Part shown: positions 25,553 to 38,500 of the stretch, piece by piece
Position numbering within the stretch: position 1 is the stretch's first letter
Layout of the letters: every line of letters starts with the position of its first letter
NCBI GenBank assembly: GCA_028023455.1
Contig: JAQFVV010000002.1
Span: 21,886,001 to 21,950,000, forward strand
Origin: Epiperipatus broadwayi
Lineage: Eukaryota > Animalia > Onychophora
Length of the DNA: 64,000 nt
Direction of reading: 5' to 3'
Translations under genes and position numbers: made by a program
The notes under the pieces: model-generated
The model's input: the letters and a program-made list of their open reading frames with translations, nothing else
Database searches by the model: none
Told to the model about the DNA's origin: nothing

Positions 25553-25742
25553 ATGATCTGGCCTGATCAAATGCTGTACCAGCATGGGAATGGAACTTAG
25601 ATTTGTGAATACTGAATTTAAAGCGACATTTTAACCAATCGGCCTAGTTTAGCTAATTAGAGCATCACCTTAAATTCTGAATTCACAAATCTAAAAAATA
25701 CTAAATTCAATCCCCATGCTATTACTGACACTGGCCAGACCG
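25553..25742. repeat. Imperfect palindrome made of two head-to-head tRNA-SINE-like arms
   Basis: The arms are complementary. The right arm has A-box-like TAGTTTAGCTAATTAGAGC and B-box-like AAATTCAATCCC. Confidence 0.5.
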
Positions 25743-26283
25743 GAGAGCCCTGAAAAAGAGAGAACTAATATTTGAATGTATTTGGAAAAGTTTAAATAAA
25801 GTTTGAATTTTTCTCTAGACATTTAACAATTAATTCTAGATGTACCAACATATAACTACAAGTAAACTTTCAAATAAATATGTGGGTATGAATTTAATGT
25901 CAAATATACATATGAATTATCTTAAAAAGAAAGAATGGGGAAGTATGAAGAAATTATTGATATTAACAAAAAGAGTGATATTTCAAATTTATTAATAAAG
26001 AAAAATGCGCGTTAATGCATTAAATTTTATTATTTTTCATTTATATATATATATAGAATTGAAATTGTAGAAAAAGAATATATAATATTCTTAATGTAAT
26101 ATTAGAAATATAGAAGTTATAAAAATGTAATAAAATTTCTATGAAAAGATTGTAGGAGGTGTAAAGATAATTAACAAATGGATTATTAATAGTAGGAGTG
26201 ACTTTTGTTAAAGATTTGTTGAAATTAGTTGTACAACCTAGTCAAGGTGAACACATACTTTGAAAGAAAGTTATATAAAGACA

Positions 26284-26998
26284 GTGTGAAGTGGATTGAA
26301 GCCTGTCCATTAAAGTATAAGGTTTGGCTATCTTAATATATATCTGAGCACTTATTGCATGTATGAGTGGAGATGATAATCTGGACCAACTGATGATTGC
26401 TAGTTTAGCATGAAATACGTATATTGGTGATTATTTATCTTTTCAACATATATGTGTTCAAGTGTAACAGTGTTATGAGATAGTGTGGAGAGTGATGGGT
26501 CATGTAAAAGTCTGTGCTCATATACCCTATATATTACATATAGAAACACAGGTATGTAATATGCCTGTGTGTTTCAGTTATTTCATAGTAGAGATGTCTG
26601 TCCATCCCTCATATATGTATTAAATGGATTATGTCCTGTATGTGAGGGTCAGATTGACCTTAGGTCAACATGGGTGTGACAAGAATCTCGGCCTCAGGGT
26701 GGCCTTTGAGCATTCCATCATCAGATTTTCAATTGGATGGATGGTTGAAGAGTTGGAGTGTGGAATAGATTGAAGCCTGTCCATTAAAGTATGAGGTTTG
26801 GCTATCTTAATATATATCTGAGCACTTATTGCATGTATGAGTGGAGATGATAATCTGGACCAACGGATGATTGCTGGTTTAGCATGAAATACATATATAT
26901 TGGTGATTATTTATCTTTTCAACATAAATGTGTTCAAGTGTATCAGTGATATGAGATAGAGTGGTTAGTGGTGTGAAAATTTGTGCTCATATACCCTA
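26284..26998 (+). mobile_element. Family A retrozyme-like element, 1.5-mer (474-bp period), 12-bp TSD
   Basis: GCCTGTCC at 26301 and 26775; TATATAAAGACA at 26272-26283 and 26999-27010; HHRs at 26385-26428 (intact) and 26859-26904 (CGGATGA, mutated). Confidence 0.88.
26385..26428 (+). ncRNA. Minimal type I HHR, family A (intact core)
   Basis: ACCAA CUGAUGA U-UGCU-AGUUU-AGCA-U GAAA UACGUAU A^UUGGU. Confidence 0.8.
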
Positions 26999-27057
26999 TA
27001 TATAAAGACAAAAAAGTAAATTAATAATTTTTATTAGTTATTTGTTAGAAATTATTC

Positions 27058-27266
27058 AATAATGAATGATATTTCTGTAGTGTAATTTTTATAACACCAC
27101 CCATACAAGGTGATGTAATCATAAACATATGACCAAAGATGGTCTCGCATGTTTTTGATCATATATTTATGATTACATCCATCCACAAGGTGTTAAAAAT
27201 GGATAGAAACCATTTCCTACCTTGCATAAGATTGGTGTATTGAAAAAAGAAATATTATTCACTATT
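27058..27266. repeat. Degenerate palindrome
   Basis: AATAATGAATGATATTTCT / AGAAATATTATTCACTATT ends; inner GATGTAATCATAAA / TTTATGATTACATC. Confidence 0.6.
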
Positions 27267-27685
27267 AGAAAAGTAAATGTTTTAATTATTTAAAAATTAT
27301 CATGTGAAAATAGAACATATAAGAAAGAAGACAATGTTTGTGAAGATTTACTAATGATTTAGTAATGAGATTAAATCAAATTTTGAAAAAAAAAAGTGTT
27401 TATGATGATATTTTATATTAAAACTAAAATCTGGAGCATTTGACAAAGAAGATAACAGAAGTGTGAAGAAAGGAATGAGTTTTGATAGTAAGAAATGCAA
27501 TATATTGTAACTATAAAAAAAGGCAACACAATCTTTGTTTGATTGATATTAATAACTAATATCAGCTAGCAGATTAAAAAATAGGATCATGTTGCTTTGA
27601 GCATTTTGAAAATTCAGAACAGTTTATTTAATGAGAGATTCCTAATATTTAAACTTACAGCATTAGTATACTGTACTTATTATAA

Positions 27686-27830
27686 TAGATGATGCCAGAA
27701 GCAGAAACTGGTCTGGGGTTGAGGATATTCTCAAATCTTGTTAAGAGTTTGTTTTGCGAGCTCTATATATAACATTTGTAAATACAAGCTTTGTTAAATT
27801 AAGTCACATGACATCTGATTTTATTTTTTA
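27686..27830 (+). mobile_element. Family C (B-related) retrozyme fragment with decayed HHR (27686-27718)
   Basis: GATGA TGC-CAGAA-GCA GAAA CTGG TC TGGGG; the downstream sequence matches 45745-45845. Confidence 0.6.
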
Positions 27831-28883
27831 TCATTTTATAATAGACTTGTAATATTTTTCAAGTACTGAACACACTTATTTTTACTTGATTGTAAAATTA
27901 CTATTTTTTTTATGCTTGAAATTTTACTACTTTTGTAGAAGCTGTACGATGAAAGCTTGGCAGCCATGTTTGTTTTAGTTATCCATTTTCAGAGACTACA
28001 AGTAATTGTTTATATTTATTTTCTCAAAAGTATTTTACCGAACATGTGTTACTTATTAAAATTAAGCAATATTAAGAAAATGAATTATAAATTACTGTTA
28101 CCTTTAAAAAATATTACTAAATGGTTTATAAATTTCACAACATATAATAAATAATTTTTTTATGTATGTGATAGCATAGAAACGTAAATAGATTGTGAAC
28201 ACTCTCATTATTTGACGGTGTTTTATTACATTTAGTGTGATATTATTTTTGAGCATTTATTTATTTATTTTTGAGGAAATGATTAAAATTTGGGATCTTA
28301 AAATGACAGAAGAAACAAAAAGCACAAGTGAACTGTGAGACAGCACACCAATTCTGATTTATCAGAATTTATGTTGCCATGACTGCATAAAAATGAAGAT
28401 GCATTTGTGGGATACTATTAAGTGCTGGTTGACATGAAGAACTCAAATTTGTAACACATTTTTGCTATACTTTCCTTCATTTGTTATTTATATTAAATTT
28501 CCTTTATTTACAATCATTTGTAGTTTTGTGTATTTTTTTTTGTTTTTTAGAATCGTATTAAAAAAATAATATTAAAGTATGATAGCTTGTAGTCAGCCAT
28601 ATTGTTTGCAAGATTTTTTTGACACCCATGTAATTGGATAATTAAAATAAATATGGCTGATCAACTTCCATCATACAACTTCTACAAAAGTACTGAAATG
28701 GTATTATTGCTTCATTGTTGATTTTTAAATTTAGTTTCCATTATTTTTCTGACTTATTTCCTTAGTAATTTACTTTCTTTACTGAGCTCCTGAGTCATAT
28801 ATTGCTAATTATTAAATAAACAATGAACACTAGATGGCAGTGTCAACTAAGTCATCCATAATAGTTTCTAGATATTGGTCTTT

Positions 28884-28956
28884 AAAACAGGAAACTCTCC
28901 AAGTTTTGCCTGTTTTAATAACAGTTATGAGCAAGCATATGAAATGGTGATCATGT
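28884..28956. mobile_element. Miniature family B fold-back fragment with 13-bp TSD
   Basis: AAAACAGGAAACTCTCC (inverted) then AGTTTTGCCTGTTTT...; GATATTG(G/A)TCTTT at 28871-28883 and 28957-28969. Confidence 0.7.
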
Positions 28957-29261
28957 GATATTGATCTTTGTTAGCAAGAAGCATTGGATTCATACATTTG
29001 GAAGCTACTTTATTTTCTTTATGCTATTCAAGCTAAAGATCTACTGAATGCAAACCTATATAAGGTCAAAAATACATATAGGTAAAATATTTTCTATCTT
29101 AGTGTTAGGTGGTAAATCTAAGTAACAAATATTCACATGTAAAAATTTATTCTTATTGCCTATTCCTCTAAAAATGACAGTGAATTTAAAGCTAGTATTT
29201 TTGCAATAACTTATTATTATCAATAATATTGAATTATTACTATTCTATTATTATTTTGCAG

Positions 29262-29335
29262 ATTACTTAGGATGTGGGTTTCATTATGTATTTATTGGAA
29301 CTATATTATTTTGGTAACCTCACAAAATACTGATG
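29262..29335 (+). CDS. Candidate exon encoding a signal-peptide-like N-terminus (MWVSLCIYWNYIILVTSQNTD-G)
   Basis: Strong TTATTTTGCAG acceptor and GTGAGT donor; only one frame is open. Confidence 0.35.
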
Positions 29336-30475
29336 GTGAGTATATTGATTTTATAATAGTGGGTATCCACCAATGTAGAAATTATTCACACAAACACATA
29401 CACATACCATATATATATATTGTAATCAGTTGGCTACATAGCTGCATTAAAAATAATTAGATAGTTGGTAACAAGTTCTTCAGGTTTAGTTTAGGGTTAT
29501 TTAATTAATGGCAAAAATAATATTTAATTTTCCCATGCATATGTTTTTATAATAGATCTTCATTTAACAAAATATTCTAAGTCCCAAAGTAATAGTATAA
29601 AAATTCTTAAATCTTAAATTTGTTAAATATTATGATTTTAATATGGGAATATTTGAATAAGTTATAAATGATTATAGAGAGGAGAGAAATTTATAAAATA
29701 ATGTAAATAAGTTGTATTTTTTTTTCTCTCCACCGTAATTATAATTAATTAATAGTTTTAATTTAAACAATAAAAATATATTAAGAAAAAATAATTTTAG
29801 TTTTTTTTTTTTGTAAATTATTTAATAAATATTAATTTAACCTTTTAAAAGATGAAATTTTATGTTTAAAAGTATTTTTAAAATGAAAAAAACAATAAGA
29901 TTTTAATAATTTTGTAAATTTTATTTTTAAATGTTTTTCCTTTCACTTTATCTCTCTTCAATGCAAAAAATAAAAGCAGTGTAATTAACTGATTATCTTG
30001 TTTTCTTTTTTGCAAAAAAAATTTTTTTAATTACAAAGGAATGCCAAGAATTTTATGATGTTAATTTAAGTTCTTGACTTGTTTTTCAATGTCTATAATT
30101 AAGGAGAGAAATATCTGAACAATTGTATTTGTGGAAAAATTATCTAAAATTAGTTGTTATAAAAATTACCAGGTTGGAAACAGATTGTGATTGGATTAGA
30201 AAAAAATGAGAGTATGAATAAGTCAGACAATTCAAGTATCTGGTAAGAAGATAGAGTCCAATAGTCAAGTCTTAATCCAGCTGCTGAAAAATACATTAGG
30301 AGAATCTGTTGAAGAGAAAGCAATCAAGTCTTAATCCAGATGCTAAAGAAGAAAGAAACAGTTTTAACTAAGCTATTGTATAGTACAACCAAAGTTATAA
30401 CCTTTTAGCATTCTATGAGTTTAGTCATAGAAATGGTTTGTACAATGAAAACCATGTGCTAAATTCAGCTAAAAG

Positions 30476-30539
30476 CTAGTAATCATCTTCCTCCATGTCA
30501 CCTGCCTTCACTGGAATAAAATGTAGAGAAGTTACCCAC
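30476..30539 (-). CDS. Candidate terminal exon (WVTSLHFIPVKAGDMEEDDY*)
   Basis: ATTATTTCAG acceptor; open frame to TAG. No homolog recognised. Confidence 0.25.
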
Positions 30540-31532
30540 CTGAAATAATCTGCAACCTTGTCTTAAACCAAGAGCATGAGTCTCTGTATGTGTTAGTAGA
30601 AAGAAATAGATAAAACTTGTTATTTTTAACCTGAAAATGTTGTATACTAGAAAAAGGACAAATTAATTATGTTCATGCATAGAAGTCTTCAAAAAAAAAA
30701 CTCAACTAAAAAAACTTGAAATTATAATTGGGAAGGACTTCACAGGCAAAAATAGAACCATGGTTAAAGGTATTTTTTTGTGTGTGCACACTATTTTTAT
30801 TAATATTTGTAAAAAAATTTATACAAAAGTAATTTTTTGTTGTTGTAAGATTGATAATTTCAAATATTTTCATTAAGTTAATGTTTTTAAATTGTGAAGC
30901 ATTATTTTTCCCTTCTAAAATTTAACAAAAGGTTAATTAAGCCAAATCAAAGATTATCTTTGATTTTGAAAATATTGTTTTTCCAACTCTTAGTTATTGT
31001 AAATAATAATTAATTAAAAGTTAATTTATGAATAGAAATCAATTGATTGATTATAATTTTTTGGAAAATATGTATTTTTGGTGAAAGGAATGTTTAAAAT
31101 TTCATATTCTGATGTCATTTTTTTGTTTATTGTAAATCAATTAGTTATTAAATAATTGTTTTAAAAATTATTTTTTTCTTTTTAATTTTCTTCTATCCAA
31201 TTCCTGTTACATAAATTGTGGGGTGTAATTTTATTTCATGACAGGTTCATGTAGGACTTTTTTAAATGATCCCAACAAAACTATTTACTTATAATACGGT
31301 AAACCTAGGAATTATTTGAAGTGATTTATAAGAAGCTGCTTTATTTATTTATCTCTTGCTCACAGTAATAATTTATAGAGTTCATGCTTTCTGAACTAGA
31401 TTTATGCATAATAATTATATGGTGTTTATGTTTAGTGTTATGGATATCCAGATGATGATGATCCTGATTTCCAAAAAAGGATATCCTTTAAAATCCTTGC
31501 ACTACATTTCATTTTATTTATTACTTCTTTAG

Positions 31533-31593
31533 AAATTTAGTTTATCGTTGGATAGTACATTAATGGTACTAAGTGGCCAGAACATTGATGATG
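31533..31593 (+). CDS. Candidate exon (KFSLSLDSTLMVLSGQNIDD-G)
   Basis: Long pyrimidine tract + AG, GTAAGG donor. Confidence 0.3.
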
Positions 31594-32689
31594 GTAAGGA
31601 CATTTTTAGTATTATTTGACTTATTGTTGTATTTTAATGGGTAGCACTTAAGTATTGCATCCAGATAATTATTTGTATTCCTGCCGTAGGTTTGGCAGTG
31701 GCTAAATAACTACTTTGGTCTACAGTCTACCACTTTTATATCTAATGATAAGATTAATTGTTGATTTATTTTTATTATTGATTATTCATATCAATGAAGG
31801 ATTATTATTGCTTTTGTGTGCTGGTGAACTTATAGTAAGTTCTGTGCTGCTCTCTCATGGTCATTCCTTTTTTATTTAATTTTATATTTTGTTTACTTGG
31901 GAGTGATGGTGGTTTCCCATTTCCTCATAAATTAGCCCTAATGTGGTGTATTGTTACAAAATGGTTATCCAATTGTGGGACATTGTAATAATGTTAGGTT
32001 CTCCTTTAGTAATCCCTGTTTTTCGGTACTGTTACAATATATATATATATATAAATTCACAAATAAATATTTTTGAAACTTTGGAGCAAACTGAAATTTA
32101 TTGATGTTCTTTATAGCAGATTAATAAACTATTTTCAAGTTATATATAAATCAAGGCTAAAAAATGGTAGAATGTCTTTTAGATAAAGGTACTATCTACA
32201 TATACTAAGTCGACAACAATAAAATATGAGTAAATATTATTAGCATGGAAATTGGATGATTAGTTTACACTGTGTATAATAACCAGCCACATTGGCTTTG
32301 AATGATTAATATTGCTGGCTATAATAATGTTAAATTAATTTTTATTTTTGTGAAAAAATTGCTATTTTATTATTTAAGAAACTGTGATGAGAACAAATAT
32401 GTCCTAACCAAGTAAAGAAACCCCTGTTTTTTTATATAAAGAAAAAGCAAAAGATGAAATAGCCCTATTATTTAATTAACAAGTGATAAAATTAAAGCAA
32501 AAAAAAATTTTATTAGAAAAAAAGCTCCTACAAACAGAAAACATGGAAATAAAGAATAAACCAGTAAAAGATATATTTCCATTTGAAACAAAAATTATTG
32601 AATCGGGTGATAATGTTAAAGATATTTTCTCAGAAAAAGTTACATTCTAGTGATATTGTATGAGAGATTCAGCTTTATATCTAACAATA

Positions 32690-33470
32690 ATAATATTATA
32701 ATTCTGAGTTCCAGAAATAACCAATTAGACAATTCAATTCCAATTTTACTAAAATGATAATCTCTCAAGTTTAACCATATGCATTGTTTAAGCTAAAGCA
32801 ATTACATTATCTATCATTCTGGTATTTCCACCCAATCTGAGATCATTAGCAAAAAGCAAACCTTTTCCATTAATGTCACATGTTATGGTGATTGACAAAC
32901 TTCCATTTTGTCTTTAAAGTAACTCTTCCTATACATCTCCACCAAACTTAACAAAAAAAGTGTTTAATTTTGAAAGAATGTGGCAAATACCTATCCTTCA
33001 ATTATTTACACTATAGAATCTTCGCTTAAAATCTCAATGTAAGCTGACACTCCCAAGATAGACTATGAATATGGAGACTTAAGTTCTCTGAAAATACTAA
33101 GCGGTATAATTCTTTTCTAATAATACTAAGCTTCACTTTTTTGCATAAAAAGCAATTTAAACCTTACCACTCAAAGGGGAAGTAAAAATAAGGATTTTAT
33201 TTCAACTATAGAATCTAGTTTATTTATAAAAAAATTTATAGGTTAAAGATTTGCCTTCTGAAAAAGGTTCCATTTGTAATCTTCTCACTATTGTCTAGCA
33301 TTTTTGATAGTTAAAAACTGATCTGTAGATGATTAAAAAAGACATTGATTTGTTCACATCCTATTCATATATTTCTTATGCAATTTGTTTTCAGATTAAA
33401 AAAATTATCCAAATTCAATGATACTCCAATTGTTTGTGATTTGTGCTATTTTTAAAGTTTGAGTAAACCT
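32690..33470 (-). mobile_element. Highly decayed CR1/L2-like LINE RT fragment
   Basis: GLLFANDLRL (FADD-like) at ~32870-32840 and KMLDNSEK (LDxG-like) at ~33300; frameshifted. Confidence 0.4.
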
Positions 33471-33494
33471 GTTATATAGTTTTTGAGAAAAAAC

Positions 33495-33588
33495 ATGACC
33501 TAGTGGTTAGCATAGTTGCCTCGCAAGCAGTTGTCCCGGGTTTGCTTCCTGGTTGACACTTTGATATATATAAAAAAGAGTAAAATAT
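33495..33588 (+). mobile_element. tRNA-derived short SINE (decayed)
   Basis: TAGTGGTTAGCATAGTTGCCTCGCAAGCAGTTGTCCCGGGTTTGCTTCCTGG + A tail. Confidence 0.7.
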
Positions 33589-34809
33589 AAATTGATTATT
33601 ATTAAGTGCTAAAATAATAATCATATAGAAGGAAATCAACGTCCAATCATGTGCTGTTTATAAATGTATATTAAAATCTCCATACATGGTCAATAGCAGT
33701 TGGCTTATTTAAAAATACTCTTTAAGCATAGGTGAAATCACGTATGTTTTTAAACTATTACTGGCATGTAAATGCACAGAGATTTTAATATATATTTATA
33801 AACAGTGCATGCCTGGAGATTGATTTCTGTATCTATGATTACAAAGAGTAAAATAGTGATTTGAAAGTGTAATAAAAACCAGAATGCTAAAAAAAGTTAA
33901 GGTACATATGTCTATCTTTTAGTTGTTGCTGGTTATTAATTGAAGTTGACATTTTAAAGTCACTATTAAAAACGTTTTAGCATAATAAAACGTGTTATTA
34001 ATATACACTGACTACTGGAAAAATAAATATCTTCAGTTAAATAAATGGTAACACTTTGGCTAAATGATAATACATTGTCTAAGCACAGTGGAATATCATA
34101 TATGGTACATGCTAAAATAAAAAGAGCCATAGGGATAAGAATAATAATCACTAAGCATTGTAAATATATTAATCAACATTTATTAAATTTTAAATTAAGG
34201 AGAAATCTCAACTCACTCTGACATAATATAAATACTCTTAATATTGAAAGCACATACCAAAGATTAGTTAAGTTATAACATATTCTTTCTCATAATATAT
34301 TTTTTGTACCCACCTCCAGTATAAGTTTTATTTGTGCCACTTTACTTTTTCAAAATAATTTTTTTTGCTAAAACATTTTTTTTGGTCATTAATAACAATA
34401 ATAAGATCTCAGAGTTTTTTATTCAATATTTCTAATATTAAAATTTTCACTCATTTATTTATGAGTTATTAAACAACAACTAGCAGCCTAGTGAAAATAT
34501 GAAGAGACATACTCTTATCTCTAAGATAATGTCTATCTAAATTACAATAAGAATAACAAATTTTAAAATAAGATATTTTAGATAAAATACATAGAAACTC
34601 TTAATTAAAAATAAAATAAAAATCTCGTGCATTTGAATGCCAAGAGTGGATAAGGGATTTCATGGCCATTCAGGATACCCTATTAATAACTCATACCAAC
34701 ATTTTTTTCTTATAAAGTTGAGATAAAAAATTTAAGTATTAAATGCATGATGGATAATGACTAAGCAGATAATAATTTTATCACAAAAGTAGTCTTCTTT
34801 TAATAAATG

Positions 34810-34902
34810 AAGTTGTTGGATGAGTGGTTAGCACAGCTGCCTTACAAAGCAGTTGTCCTGGGATTCGCTTCCTGGCCGACGCTTTGACACATTAAAAAAA
34901 AG
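34810..34902 (+). mobile_element. tRNA-derived short SINE
   Basis: TGGATGAGTGGTTAGCACAGCTGCCTTACAAAGCAGTTGTCCTGGGATTCGCTTCCTGGCC + A tail. Confidence 0.75.
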
Positions 34903-35211
34903 AAAATGAATAAATATTTTATTCTTTAGATAAATTATTCACATCTGTAGACCATTATAACAAAGTGATTTTTATCTTTACTTTATATGCATGTACTCTA
35001 AACAACTAGAATCAAATATAAATATGTCATTAATTATACAATGTTAAAATTTCTGGATTATTCATATGTGACTGAGATTATATTAAGATCGAAAACAAAA
35101 ATTTAAGACTAAAATATAACACTTATTTACACAACAACAGTAATTCAATAACAACACTTTTAAAAATCTACAACTTAAAGTGAGCTGTTTAAATACAATG
35201 CTATACAATCT

Positions 35212-35513
35212 TAATATTTACTAAGGCAATAAACCTAAAGCATGTGATGTTGAAATGCGAAGGTAGGGACCTCTACAAGTCTTAACCACAAGCTTATGCA
35301 TTGGAAGAAAAGAGGGGAACCCTTCTTTACTTCAACCTACTTTCTATGTAAATAGGTAAAGCTGAAGCGAAAATAGATTGAAGTAAAGACGGGTTTCCCT
35401 TGAGTTCCCCTCTTTTCTTCCAATGCATAAGCTTGTGGTTAAGACCTGTAGACATCCCTACATTTGCAATTTCAACTGCACATGCTTTACATTTATTGCC
35501 TTAGTAAATATTA
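35212..35513. repeat. Long imperfect palindrome / fold-back element (~130-bp arms)
   Basis: TAATATTTACTAAGGCAATAAA ... TTTATTGCCTTAGTAAATATTA; internal TCTTAACCACAAGCTTATGCATTGGAAGAAAAGAGGGGAAC is mirrored exactly. Confidence 0.88.
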
Positions 35514-38500
35514 CTTATGTAATCAATATGTGTTAAATAAATTTATAATTATACAATCTTACTGCATTGAAGAAATATAATTTCCCAAGTTGTTTATGAT
35601 AATAAATAAATAAATTTATGAATTAAATTGTTATTACCTATTTTAACTTGTATGAGTGATATAAGCATTCTGACATGGATATTATTGCAATAAGCTATGC
35701 ATTTTTTGACTGATAAAAGCTTTTATTAATTTAAGCATTATTATAAGAAGTTCAACATTTTTGCATACCAATCATAGTATAATATTGTTCCAACAATGAG
35801 TACTTACACACCAATTATGTCTTAACAATCCAGCAATGACTCAGTGTTTAAGGTGATGTATATATTACTTATTTTGGCCTATAATGACAATTTTAAAAAT
35901 TTAAACAAAAGAACTATAGGTTTTATATTCTGTAATGCTGGAAAAGCACAGCAAAACAGATCTACACATCAGAATTATCTCTATATTAAGAGTGGTCAAA
36001 ATACAACTGCAGAAAAGATGATGCTCTTCATAAACAAGTAAAAATACCAATTGCCATAATAATAATGAAGTCATGTTGTCGACCACATATGGCTACATAT
36101 AAAATATGATACTTACAAAAGGAAAAGATAAATAAGGCAATGAACCTAATGATGGAATGAACTCAAAAAATTATCTACATTTTAAGAGCAAATAAATATG
36201 CTAGGACCTTTATTTTTTAACATGTGGGAAATATGAGTACAAACTATCATAAATATTAGGAACAATAGGGACTGCCTCAAACAAAGCATTTATGTGAAAT
36301 ATAAAACAAAATATACACGACTTATGGAAAAATACCATAAGAGAGAGACAATGGCACAATCTCTTTGTAAAATACATGTACTAATAAAATAATATCAATA
36401 GAGAGACATAACTATCATCTCTTGGAAAATACATTAGCAAGCTAAGCATAAAAAATAACTGCCAAAGAGTTAATGCTACAATCTAACAAATATAATAATA
36501 ATTAATGGATGTATAAAACTGATAACAAAGTTATTTGTCAAATCTGAGCCAATAAAATATGGTCTAAAATAATAAAATAATATACAACATCCTCACCAGT
36601 TTTGCAAAAACATCTTTATTCAGATAGATAAATTCCTCATAACAGGAGACAAAGCAATACTTTTAAAATGATATATTAAAATAATATAATATTAATAAAA
36701 TAGTAAATACTCTGTGAACTTCTGCATATTACAATTGACAACTAATGCATAAAATATATCAGACAAGAATGTATAATAACAAAATATAATAAATTACAAA
36801 AACCATAAAATTATCATTTAACATTATTCCTGGTTTAACAAAATTTAAATTATTAAAATTCTTCATCCTGAAAGTTTCACTACTTATCAGGGTATAGTTC
36901 TGCAAACATATAAAAAAAATTCCACTTGTTGAAATTACAGCAAATTAAAATATTATATGGATGACATAAGCACACAAACATATTAATGGCTATTCTGTTT
37001 TTCATTTTTTTAAAAAAAAACAAGGTACTAGCAATTTATATTATAGCATTATGTTAACCTTTTATTTCTTCATTCTGGAAATATATAATTTAAGACTACT
37101 TTTTAAGAATATTTGTTCCTAGAGAGAACATAGTTTAGATTCACATAGTAGCACTAATAATGTTAATGAAGTATATAATAAATTAGGCTTCATTAAAAGT
37201 TAATTGTATATAACTTCAAGTTATAATTTACTAAAAATATTTCATATTCTTTTTATAATGCCAATATAGCTGTTTTCATTATTTTATCCAGATGTATTTA
37301 AGTAATTATAATAATGGAATTTTAGGTAATAAGTCCATGATAAGGATATATATACTTTTTTAAATATGAGTATTGACATAGTTCTTTTCCAATGAAAAAG
37401 TAAATTAATAAATCTTTATTTTACGTACTTGAGATATGTTTTCTCTTAAACAGCTTGCATAAGCATAAGTTGAAATATATGTGAGTGACTGTCATTTACT
37501 CAAGCAACAATGATAATAAATAATTCACTATAATAAGTAATTAAAATGCCATTTTAAAATTAATACAAAAGTTCTTCTATCCTGAATTAAAATAATTCAT
37601 CCATTAAAAGAAAGATGAATTTATCCCAGAAAAAAATCATCACTTAACTATAATATTGAAATGATATATTTCAAAACATTACTGAAGACAAAGTCTTTGA
37701 ATAAATCTTGTACTCTTTCAACATTCTTTTAAATATTAAAATAAAGCATTTAAAAATATTAAAGAACTGCTATAACAACTATTGCAAAACACAAGTCTTT
37801 AACAGTATTGTCCTTAAGATATAAAAAATATTAATCTTAGATTAAAGCTTATTGTAAGTATAAAATTGAAAATCACAAAAACTTTTTATTCAAATAATGC
37901 AAACTATACATAAATCCCATGGTGTGTTAATATTGAAAAAATTCAATTCAACAATTGCAGAAAAATAATTGTTTAAAATTTTCATTCTATTTTCTTTGTA
38001 AAACTGTTGACTTTGGAATTCCTAGTAGACTTTGGCTTAAAGTTTTAGTATCCGAATTAAAGATTATTAAGAATATATTTTTACTAAATAAAAATATAAT
38101 TGTTTAAAAATAATTAAACTTATGATTAATTCTGCAATTAATTAGAGACAAAATAAAAATGTTTTCCTGTGGGTGGAGACTCTTTCAGTGTGTTTATTTA
38201 CATCCACAATCATATGATTGATTTGATTGATTGAAAATTAACATTTTCAAATCACCCTTTCTTGACCTCTTACATTAAAGTTTAAAATTAATTGGGTATT
38301 TGAAGAATCAAACTAAAAATAGAAACTCATTAGTGTAAAGTCTAGATCTGTTAATTAAAAGTGTAGCATCTTAAAACATTTATTTATGAAGCTAAAATTA
38401 TTACAATGAAATAAAATACTACAGTATACATTATTTTGTAAAAAATATTACACTACCCTTTTATAATTATTTAGACTATATTAAATAAATAAATGAGAAG

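Noticed and set aside
28828-28842. CTCF-like motif CACTAGATGGCAGTG (similar at ~9255)
   Set aside because: A single short motif match is not evidence of binding without ChIP or conservation data.
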